A stretch of 64,000 nt of DNA from the human T2T-CHM13v2.0 reference genome, Homo sapiens, in the NCBI RefSeq assembly GCF_009914755.1, contig NC_060928.1. One strand, 5' to 3'. Position 1 is the stretch's first letter. Each line of letters begins with the position of its first letter. The position numbers and the translations under genes are program-made. Shown one piece after another: positions 50,885 through 64,000 of the stretch. The notes beneath the pieces are model-generated. The model was not told where the DNA came from. It was given only the letters and a program-made list of their open reading frames with translations, and ran no database searches.

Positions 50885-51410
50885 TGCAGGCCTATGCATA
50901 AGAATACAAATGGAGGCCCACATAGCATGTGTCTAAATATTTAAACCTTTGAAATCTAGCTGACAAGCTGTTAAATAAAACAAGTTCTATCCTCCTAAGT
51001 TGGCAAATATTCCTTTAAAGTAACCTGAAAATTAAGGTTTAGCTTTAAATAATATTCCTCTGAGCTCTAAAATAGAACTTGGCAGAATGAGGAGAACCAC
51101 CTTTCAGTCCATGCCTGTCCCTCTTCCTTCCCAGCCCCATCTCTGCCCAGTTCTGTGGGATCACATACATATGCATGTGCAGACCTCAGCCCGCATGTCT
51201 AAACACTACCTATATCCTCCACAAATAACTGCCTCTTGACCACCCCTCATGCCTAGAGTTTTGCTGAGAAGCAGTCTTGTCTACTTAGAGAGGAGGTCTG
51301 TTTAGTCGCTGGAAGTTTGCATGCAATTCTGGCATCCAAATGAATAAAATTTATCTTTGACCCTCTTATTCTGTTTTTCGGTGCCCCTTCTTCTCCAAGG
51401 CTTTTCCCGA
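50885..51410. mobile_element. Possible hAT-Tip100-type DNA transposon remnant
   Basis: atggaggcccacata...gtctaaatatttaaa...ctgttaaataaaa recalled from this class. Confidence 0.35.
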
Positions 51411-52955
51411 CTTCCTCAGGTACTCCATTCCACAATGGCCAGGAAATATTCAGATGCAACCCCCTCCCATATGTCTCAGCTAGTTGCCAGTTGTTCTTGG
51501 CCATGTCCTATTGGCCAGCGTCCTGTTGTTACTACTCAGGCCCTATGCATGCCAATTGTTAAGTACTGTATTTTGAATGTCACCCCTGTAAATGGTCTTT
51601 GGTCTCATTTTTTTGCCCTAAAAATTTGGCTTTTAGGAACATGGTCGGTGATCTCATTTTTTAACGTATTTCTATAAATTTGGGTCAATGTCTTACATTT
51701 TCAAGAGCACTGCATTGGAGGATAGTGAGGTGGTTTTGTTTAAGGTTGGGGCATTTAAGTAAGTAGTGGGTAAGGTTACTTACAGAGTTGACTGGCTTCA
51801 CAAAGAATCTGAGAGGACACATCCACATGCTATTTTCTGGAGAACCAACTGTTTAAAATCTTTTTTCCTATCCATGTGTCTCTAAAACTTGTAACATATT
51901 GAGTCCCTTGGCTTCCACTTTCAGCCAATAAGTTTTTTTTTTTTTAATATATTTCTTGGAAAGATAATATTAAATTAAATCACTTTTGGGTATTAGTTGA
52001 TTTTGGGGATCGAATAAGCATATCAAATGCAGTAATAAAATTAAAAATGCATTGAGATATAAAAATGAGGAATTATTATCATTGTTATCAGAACACTGGA
52101 AACCTTGAGGAGAGTTTGAGGGAGAGAATTCCTAAAAGTACAAAAGGGAGTCCAGAGCTGGTTGTTGTGGGCCTTGGAAGACATATCCTGCCTCCTCCCT
52201 GTTTGTCCAGAACCTGGTGGTTTAGAGGTGGCAGCATTATTTGTTTTATTTATTATTTGATGTGTCAACTCTCCACCAATCATTAAAGTAAGCAAAAATA
52301 AATTAAAAAAAAAGAACGCAAACAACTTACAGTGACTTTTCAATGAGAAATCAATGAATGATGTATTGTTCTCATTGCCCTTCTAAGCTTCAAATCCCAG
52401 ATAGAATTTCAGGAAAGCTGTGTTGCCTGGTGAGATGAAGGAGAAATGACAGATGGCAGCTCCCTGCACAGTACAAGAAGCCTTACAAGGTAATCTGCCC
52501 TGGAGCTAACTTAATAGCAGAGAGCACCATTTCATGTTAAAGAGCCTGTGCCAATATTCAAACTGCAGACCTGCCACTGACCAGTTTTCCTCTCAGCTCA
52601 TCCTCAATGATACCCTTCTGTCTACCTGGGTCATTCATTTCCTAACTTTATTAGTGCATGTGTCTGTCGTCTGTACTAGAGTAGAAGTTCCTTTGATGAT
52701 AGGGACTGTGCTTTGTAAATGCTGACTAAATGCTCAATAAATGTTTATTTAAAAGGTATATTCTGCAAAACATACCCTGGCTAGATATAATTTTCTTATA
52801 AAACTAGGATAAAAGGAAATAGAAATAAAGCCTTTTTAATTTTTTTACCTGATAATTGTGATTGATAGCAAAATACCCTTCAGAATTGTTAGTATATATC
52901 CAGCTACCAATTTCAACATCAAGAGAGTATGCATAGAGGTTAAGAATATATAGTG

Positions 52956-54001
52956 TGCTAGGTGCGGTGGCTGAAGCCTGTAATCCCAGCACTTTGGGAG
53001 GTTAGGTGGGAGGATTGCTTGAGACCAGGAATTTGAGAATAGCTTGGGCAACATAGTGGGACCCTGCCTCTACAAAACATAAAAAATTAGCTGAGTGAGG
53101 TGGTATGTACCTGTAATCCCAGCTACTAAGGAGGCTGAGTTGGGAGGATTGCTTAAGCCCAGAAGATTGAGGCTGCAGTGAACCATGTTCACTTCACTGG
53201 ACCCCATCCTGGGCGACAGAGTGAGACCCTATTGATACATATGGGCTGCGCTCCCGGCTAAACCCCACCCTTAAACCTGGAACCAAGGCCCTAAGTGAAA
53301 ACAGCTGACCCTGTTTTTCTGCCTAAATGTTGCATTTTGGCCTGCCACACCCCTATCCTGTGCCCATAAAAAGATTTCAGCTGGCAGAGCAACACAAGTG
53401 GCTGAGCGCTGAGAATACAAGCAGCTGAATGGTGAGCAGAGAAGCAACTGAGCATTGGAAACTACAGATAGATGTGGTTAACTTCAGATGTGCGACTTCG
53501 AAGAGGGGCCTGGCCCTTAGCCAGGCTTCAGGGAAAGAACACCTTCTTCCCGCACCATCTTCTTCGAATTCCCCATCCCGCTGAGAGCCACTTCCATTAC
53601 CCAATAAAATCCCCCGCCTACACTACCCTTCAATCCATTCGTATGACCTGATTCTTCCTGGAGGCCAGACAAGAACCTGGGTGCCGAGAGGGCAGGGGCT
53701 GCCACCTGGGCCCTCCGCTGAGTTGGTTGGCACTTGATCATCCCTGGATGGCAGAGCTGAAAAAGCATTGGTTGTAACACACTTGGATGCTGCTGTGGGG
53801 CCTGCACAGAGCCTGCTCCTGCCAGACAGGAGTGACTGGCCAGTTTCAGCGTTCATTACCTCCGGTTCCCCCACTCGTTTGCACACTCCCTTTTACGAGG
53901 AGTGGCCAGAGGCAGGCTGAGTGAAACGAGCCACTCCAGTTCCTGCCCACAAAGGGGGTCAAGGGAATTATCTCATCTTGCTATCTCAATAAATAAATAA
54001 T
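52956..54001 (+). mobile_element. AluJ-like element split by an LTR just before its tail
   Basis: gagaccctat | LTR | ctatctcaataaataaataa. Confidence 0.9.
53233..53980 (+). mobile_element. ERV1 solo LTR (LTR27/LTR28-like), 748 bp
   Basis: Starts tgatac; cccataaaa TATA-like box; ccaataaaa; 4-bp TSD ctat. Confidence 0.85.
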
Positions 54002-54190
54002 ATATATATAAATATTGTATATATATGTAATGTTGCAGGGTCAAACTATCTGGAATTAAATTTTACCAATGAAACTTACTAGCTATTGACCATGGGAGAT
54101 TATCTGACCATGCTGTGCCTCAACTTCCTCATCCATAATATAAAGATAATAGCAGTACCTATCTCAAGGAGACTACTGAAGATAATCTAT

Positions 54191-54721
54191 ATGTGATTAT
54201 TTTAAAACATCTGCAAATTATTTGATACTATACTTATCAAAAATCGCAGTCTATTTCTCCTCTTGTTGAACTTAAATGGGTCTTTGGATTTCTTTGATTA
54301 ATTTAATATGGTAGAAAGGAAGTTGCCTGACTTCTGAGGGTCGGCTAAAAAGGATAACTTCTGCCATTGTCTTGTGGGAAACTCACTCTAGGACTCTTCA
54401 GCCACCACATGAAAATTCTGGCTGCCCTGAGGCTGCCATGTGGAGAAACCACCTGAAGAGACCACTTAGAGAGAGATGCTCAAGGAGCCCATCTATTCTG
54501 GACCCCAGATGTTTGATTTCTTCCAGCCCAACTGCTAAACTACATGAGTAGAAAACCTTTCAAGATGGCCCGGCCCAAGCTGCAGCCACTGTGTGGCTGC
54601 AACTGCATGAGAAACTCTGAGCCCACTCAACCCCCAGATTTGTGAGCACAGTTAATGATTGTTATTGTTTTAAGCTGTTTTTTTCTGGGTGGCATGTTAC
54701 TAAGCAATAGATAAGTGACTC
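54191..54721 (+). mobile_element. MLT1F/G-like LTR inside a MIR
   Basis: ggctgccatgtggagaaacc; ctgcaactgcatgaga; agcaatagataa. Confidence 0.7.
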
Positions 54722-55441
54722 AGTTACAAAGCAGTAAGGGTTGTACTTAAGAAAAGTTCTCAATAAATGCTCTCTATTGTTAAATCAGTCTTTGCTGTTT
54801 GCTTGTGTGTGCCCTTATTAGTGTGTCCATCTCACTGAACCTATTCTATCTGTAAATTACATGTAATAGACCTGGGTTATCAGCCTCATGTGATTTTGAT
54901 GAAGATTAGATGAGAAAATAGATAGGAAAGTCCTTTGAAAAGTAGTAAAGTGTATAAAAAATGAGTATTACTATCTGTTTTGCACATTTTTTCCTTTCCT
55001 TAAATTTAGCAGGAGTTTAATGTTGAGTAGACACTCGTACTCCAAAACTAGTGCTATTTTAAGAGATATTTTTTCTCATATTTTTAAACATTCTCAGGAA
55101 CTAAATGAAAAATTTGGATGGATGATTTGTTCTGTGTGTACAAAGTTGCCAAATTGACATAATTGTTAAAATCTCTGAGAATAAAATTGTTAACTGCTTT
55201 TCATGTTGCTCTACAGCTGTAGCACAAAGTAAGCATATCCCAGATGATTTTGTATTAATTTAATTAAGATCTGATTTCAGAATCTATTTTTGCACAGTCA
55301 TCTGCATTTAAACATGTCATCCACAAGGTGGAAGCAAAGGTTTTTATCTGAAACAGGCATTTCTTTTGAGGCTTTTCATGGTGCAGCATACAACACATGC
55401 AAAGATTTATACTGTTTTTTTTTCACTTGTCTCCATTTCAC

Positions 55442-57819
<2,378 letters not shown>

Positions 57820-58344
57820 ATACTTTTGATATTGAAAAGAATAGACATAGACAGTCAATCCATTGTTAGAAACTTTTTTACTTGAGTAGAAGCATTGTAT
57901 GAATCCCAAGTGCCTTATCCATGGATGGGCAATAAGGTACTACTATTGTTAATTGCAAACTAGAATTTTCCAGAATGCTTTAGCTATGAAACTAGTAGCC
58001 TTGTGGTGGTGGTTGTCATGGAAGAAACAATTAGATGCTTTCTTGGCCTAATAGAGAGAAAAGAATATTTCAGGTCCTGGAAAAAATGGACAAGGATAAA
58101 ATAGCCTCTGGGAAAGAGAATCTTTTGACCTGATTATCAATGACTGAGATCTGTTTAGTGGGAATAAGAGTTTATTTTATAATTAAGGACAAAAATACTC
58201 AAAATGCAGTGCAGACTGAGATAATACAATGTTGGAAATTTACACTTGCTACAGTTTCATTAGTTATGTGGCCAACCTCTTTAATTGGTTAATCTAAAGT
58301 GCTTTTCCCTTTCTAATTTGGGTGAAGGCACCAAGCTTCTAAAG

Positions 58345-58485
58345 CAGTGATTGGCAGGTTTGGTTGCAGGGCATGTTTCACTCAAGATAGCTTAAATCTG
58401 AATCTCTGAGGGGGTGCCTGGGCACTGGTATTTTTTCCAGAACTCTCCATATAATTCTAAGATGCAGCTAGGGTTGGGAATCACA
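58345..58485. mobile_element. MER5-like hAT-Charlie element
   Basis: aatctgaatctctg; attctaagatgcagctagggttgggaatcac. Confidence 0.65.
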
Positions 58486-58915
58486 TTTATAGGTTGGGGA
58501 AGGATGAGACCTCTGTGTTGGGGAGAAGTGCACACCAGGGAGACCAGAGATGTAAAAACAACCTTCTAAGCCTTCCTATTTGAGCTATTTATCTCCAAAT
58601 GGAAATTGGGTAAACTCTCAAGCTGATCAAATTCTTGCTTCATTAGGGCCTATTGCTATTGAATTAAATGACACATTAGAAAGGCCTTTCACTTGTTATG
58701 TTTTTAAATTAAAATCATCATAAAAAGAAGCTTTGTTTCTTTAGAACTTCCAGGTGAGATATTAATACTCTAATCCCGTGAAGACCATTTAAGGTGATGG
58801 TTCCCAGGTGATATATAAGAACGACTTGTGGGATGATCTCGGAATCCAGAGAAACACAGGAAGTCAATACTGCAACTTGAAAGACTTTAGACCTTATAGA
58901 TGACAAGAGAAAGTT

Positions 58916-59599
<684 letters not shown>

Positions 59600-59629
59600 A
59601 CTTGTAAACATCATTCTTAGAAACAAATT

Positions 59630-61880
59630 TGATATGGTTTGTCTGTGTCCCCACCCAAATCTCATCTTGACTTCCCGTGTGTTGTGGGAGGGACCCAGTG
59701 GGAGGTAACTGAATCATGAGGCCAGGTCTTTCCCATGCTGTTCTCATGATAGTGAGTAAGTCTCATGATATCTGAAGGTTATTATAAGGGAGAGTTTTCC
59801 CACACAAGCTCTCTTTGCCTGCCGCCATCCATGTAAGATGTGACTTGCTCCTGCTTTCCTTCTGTCATTAATGTGAGGCTTCCCCTACCACACGGAACTG
59901 TGAAGTTGCCCAGTCTTGGGTATGTATTGATCAGCAGCATGAAAACAGACTAATACAGTAAATTGGTACCAGTAGGGTGGGGAACCACTGAAAAGATACC
60001 CAAATATGTGGAAACAAGTTTGGAACTGGATAACAGGCAGGGGTTGAAACAGTTTGGAGGGCTCAGAAGAAGACAGAAAAATGTTGGAAAGTTTGAAACT
60101 TCCTAGAAACTTGTTGAATGGCTTTGACCAGAAGCCTGTCAGCCATATGGACAATAGGGTCCAGGCTGAAGTGGTCTCAAATGGAGATGAGGAACTTGTT
60201 GGGAACTGGAGCAAAGATGACTTGTTACGTTTCAGCAAGAGACTGGTGGCATTTTGCCTCTGCCCTAGAGATTTGTGGAACTTTGAACTTGAGAGAGATG
60301 ATTTAGGGTATCTGGTGGAAGAAATTTCTAAGCAGCAAAGCATTCAAGAGGTGACTTGGGTGCTGCTAAAGGCATTCAGTTTCATAAGGGAAGAAAGCAT
60401 AAAAGTTCAGGAAATTTGCGGCCTGACAATGTGATAGAAAGAAAAGCCCATTTTCTGAGGAGATATTGAAGCTGGCTGCATAAAATTTGCATAAATAATG
60501 AGGAGCCAAATGTTAATCTCTCGAAGACAATGGGGAAAATGTCTCCAGGGCATGTCAGAGGTCTTCATGGCAGCCCCTCCCATCACAGGCCCAGAAGCCT
60601 AGGAGAAAATGGTTTCGTGGGCCAGGCCTAGGCTCCATGTGCTGTGTGTTCAGTCTAGGGACTTGGTGCCCTGCATCCCAGCCACTCTAGCCATAACTAA
60701 AAGGGGCCAAGGTACAGCTCAGGATGTTGCTTCGGAGGGTGGAAGCCCCAAGCATTGGCAGCTTCCATGTGGTGTTGAGCTTGTAGGTACACAGAAATCA
60801 AAAATTGAGATTTGGAAACCTCTGCCTAGATTTCAGAAGATGTATGGAAATACCTGGATGCCAAGGCAAAAGTTTGCTGCAGGGGCAGGGCCCTCATGGA
60901 GAACCTCTGCTAGAGCAGTGTGGAAGGGAAATGTGGGGTTGGAGGCCCCACACTGAGTCCTTACTGGGGCACTGCCTAGTGGAGCTGTGAGAAGAGGGCC
61001 ATGGTCCACCAGACTGCAGAATGCTAGATCCACCGACAGCTTACACCATGCGCCTGGAAAAGCCACAGACACTCAACAGCAGCCTATGAAAGCAGTCAGG
61101 AGGGAGTCCATACCCTGCCAAGCCACAGGGCTGAAGCTGCTCAAGACCATGGGAACCCACCTCTTGCATCAGTGTGACCTGGATGTGAGACATGGAGTCA
61201 ATGGAGATCATTTTGGAGCTTTAAGATTTGACTGCCCCATTGGATTTTGGATTACTGCAGCCCATTTGTTTTGGCCAATGTCTCCCATTTGGAATGGCTG
61301 CATTTATTCAATGCCTGTACCTGCATTGTTTCTAGGAAATAACTAACTTGCTTTTGATTTTAAAGGCTCATAGGTAGAAGAGACTTGACTTGTCTTGGAT
61401 GAGACTTTGGACTATGGACTTTTGAGTTAATGCTAAAATGAGTTAACATTTGGGGGACTGTTGGGAAGGCATGATTGGTTTTGAAATGTGAGGACATGAG
61501 TTTTGGGAGAGCCCAGGGTTGGAATGATCTGGTTTGGCTCTGTGTCCCCACCTAAATCTCATCTTGAACTCCCACGTGTTGTGGGAGGGACCGGGTGGGA
61601 GGTAATTGAACCATGGAGGCAAGTCTTTCCTGTGCTGTTCTCATGATAGTGAGTAAGTCTCACGAGATGTGATGGTTATTATAAGGGAGAATTTTCCTGC
61701 ACAAGCTCTCTTTGCCTGCTGCCATCCACATAAGATGTGAGTTGCTCCTGTTTGCCTTCTGCCATGATTGTGAGGCCTCCCCAACCATGTGGAACTGAGT
61801 TCTCCATTAAACCTCTTTCCTTCGTAAATTGCCCAGTCTTGGGTAGGTCCTGTTCAGCAGTGTGAAAACAGACTAATACA
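59630..61880 (+). mobile_element. Complete THE1A MaLR (LTR 59630-59957, internal region, LTR 61525-61880)
   Basis: Two LTRs; internal ORF remnant (WNFELERDDLGYLVEEISKQQS); 5-bp TSD aaatt. Confidence 0.95.
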
Positions 61881-63589
61881 AAATTACAGCAAGTTTGTTT
61901 GTTTGTTTGTTTTCAATCATGGTGAGGACCCAGGTTTTCAGATGAAGGTGATATGTAAGGTGTAAAAAATTGAGGACTTCTTATACAAAGGAAATTATCT
62001 AGTGAGATCAGCTATGGTTGACAGTAAATTGATATTCAAAAGCATCTCTTTAATGTTGAGCAGCACTTAGGAAGCAGGCCTAAAATTTGGCAATATATTA
62101 TCAAAAGAGCTCTGCTTCCTAGGAAATGGAACAAATGACATCATTATGCATATTAGATCTAACATTAAAACTCTTTTACTAAAATTACAATATTTCTGTC
62201 AGCGATTCTTAATATAAGAAAAAATGGTGAAATGTGTTTAGAGTGTGCTGGAAAATATATCCATGGGAACTATGAAAACCCTACTTCAGTGAATTGTATA
62301 TTTATTGACTACTTTGTGACAAAAAAACACCCAATTCCATCAGGTCAAGCATGAAAATACTTTACCAAAATGGACCAGTTTGCAGTAGTTAATGAATGAT
62401 TTATAAATGTAATTTTTCAAATAAGAAAAGAATTTTCCAAAATTAATTTTATAGAGAATAATTCTGGGAAATAGAAAAAGGAAAAGGGGTTAGCCCTTAA
62501 ATAAATCTGGAAGCACTGAATTACATACAGCACACTGGGACTCTTCAAAGAAGAGATATACTATACTGATGGTAAAACTAATTTGATCAGGTAACACATT
62601 CATCAGGTATGTCCATCCACCTTCCATGGAATGCTGCAATTGAAAACTAAGGCCTTGTTTTGTTATTTGCTAACTCTGTGACTTAGAGCCACTGATTCAC
62701 ATTTTTGGAGTCTCAGTCTCCTTGTGTCTTATCAATGCAATGATACCTACTTCTCAGAGTTGTTTGAAGCTTCAGTAAGGTAATTTTTGAAAGAGAATTT
62801 TTTAAAAATCTAAAATGCTGCCTAAATATTAGCAGATAGTTTGTTGCTTTTTGACTTTCTGTCATCCAAAGAACTTCTCTGTTTGAGGTTTATTTCTCAT
62901 TTTGAAATCTTTGTGAAAGGCAGGGCTGCACCTTCTATGTAGAAGCTGCAAGCGGCAGGCATTTTATTTCCCAGTTCCTGGCAGCTAAAGGCATGGTCAC
63001 TTGACCTTGGCTCACTTAATGAAATCCTCCTTCATGGGACTTAGAATTTTGAGGAGTGACAGGTATGTTAGTTAATTTGACTCAAATTATATATGCCATA
63101 AAATTGTTTCATCTATTGTATAACTCTACATCTAACATGAGGTGAGTTCAAATTCCCTGATGCAATTAACTCTACATATAGAAGGTTGCATGGTTTTTAG
63201 TAGTTTCAGAGAGGTATTTACTCCGAACATATGAACTTTCCTTTAAAGCAGAATAGAGAGAACACTTTCATTTTCCCTGGGCAAAGAGAGCACATAGAAT
63301 GTTGTATATGTTTTTATATGTGGTATATTGAATTAAGCAGAAAAATCATGTTTTTAGAACTTTGTCTCTATAAATTTCTCTCAGGAATTTTTTGTAAAAG
63401 TAAACTTGTCCAAGCTACAAAGATTTTCTTTTTGCAAGACAGATACTACTTAATTAATTCCAAGCAACTTGTGGCTGGAAGCAAGAAGGTAGTTTCAGGA
63501 GTATTTTTGTTACTGTTGTTGGTTTTTGGCTGTTAGTTTTTAAAAAGTGAGATATTATAGGCTTTATAGTGGAAGGCTGTCTAACTTTT

Positions 63590-63887
63590 TCTTTTCTTTT
63601 CTTTTTTTGAGACAGAGTCTTGCTCTGTTGCCTAGGCTGGCGTGCAGTAGCGTGATCTCCCTCACTATAACCTCCACCTCCCAGGTTCAAGCAATTATCC
63701 TGCCTCAGCCTCCCGAGTAGCTGGAACTACAGGCACATGCCACCACATCCGGCTAATTTTTGTATTTTTAGTAGAGACAGGGTTTCACCATATTGGCCAG
63801 GCTGGTCTCGAACTCCTGATCTTGTGATCTGCCCGCCTTGGCCTCCCAAAGTGCTGGGGTTACAGGCGTGAGACTCTGTGCCCAGCC
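63590..63887 (-). mobile_element. AluS-like element
   Basis: Antisense dimer; TSD taactttttctt. Confidence 0.95.
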
Positions 63888-64000
63888 TAACTTTTTCTTA
63901 ATGGTACCTACTAAGCCTGAGAATCAATCAGGGAATGGAGTTTAGCATACTGGGAATTGTAAAGTGGATGCTTAATGTTGAGTCTTTTAGAAGGAAACAG

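Noticed and set aside
60054-61346. ORFs of 115-126 aa
   Set aside because: THE1 internal ORF remnants interrupted by stops and frameshifts

Overview
Primate (human-like) genomic DNA: CpG-poor, AT-rich and dominated by transposons, consistent with a large intron or intergenic region. I see no CpG island, RNA gene or recognisable protein-coding gene. The supplied ORFs are L1 ORF2 remnants, Alu/LTR-derived frames or chance frames. Repeats include about 14 Alus, old L1M fragments, a near full-length L1PA on the minus strand, a 5'-inverted (twin-primed) L1PA, a complete THE1A provirus, an ERV1 solo LTR nested in an Alu, MaLR LTRs, L2/MIR, and MER81, MER3, MER94, MER5 and MADE1. Subfamily names are from memory of consensus sequences, not from a search. 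The structures least explained by the repeats are (1) a three-copy inverted-repeat arrangement at 34.45-37.07 kb containing a 56-bp hairpin, (2) a multi-step templated inverted insertion at 25.95-26.65 kb, (3) a 75-bp AT-rich palindrome at 7.4-7.6 kb, and (4) several small exon candidates. None of these is shown to be a new biological system.
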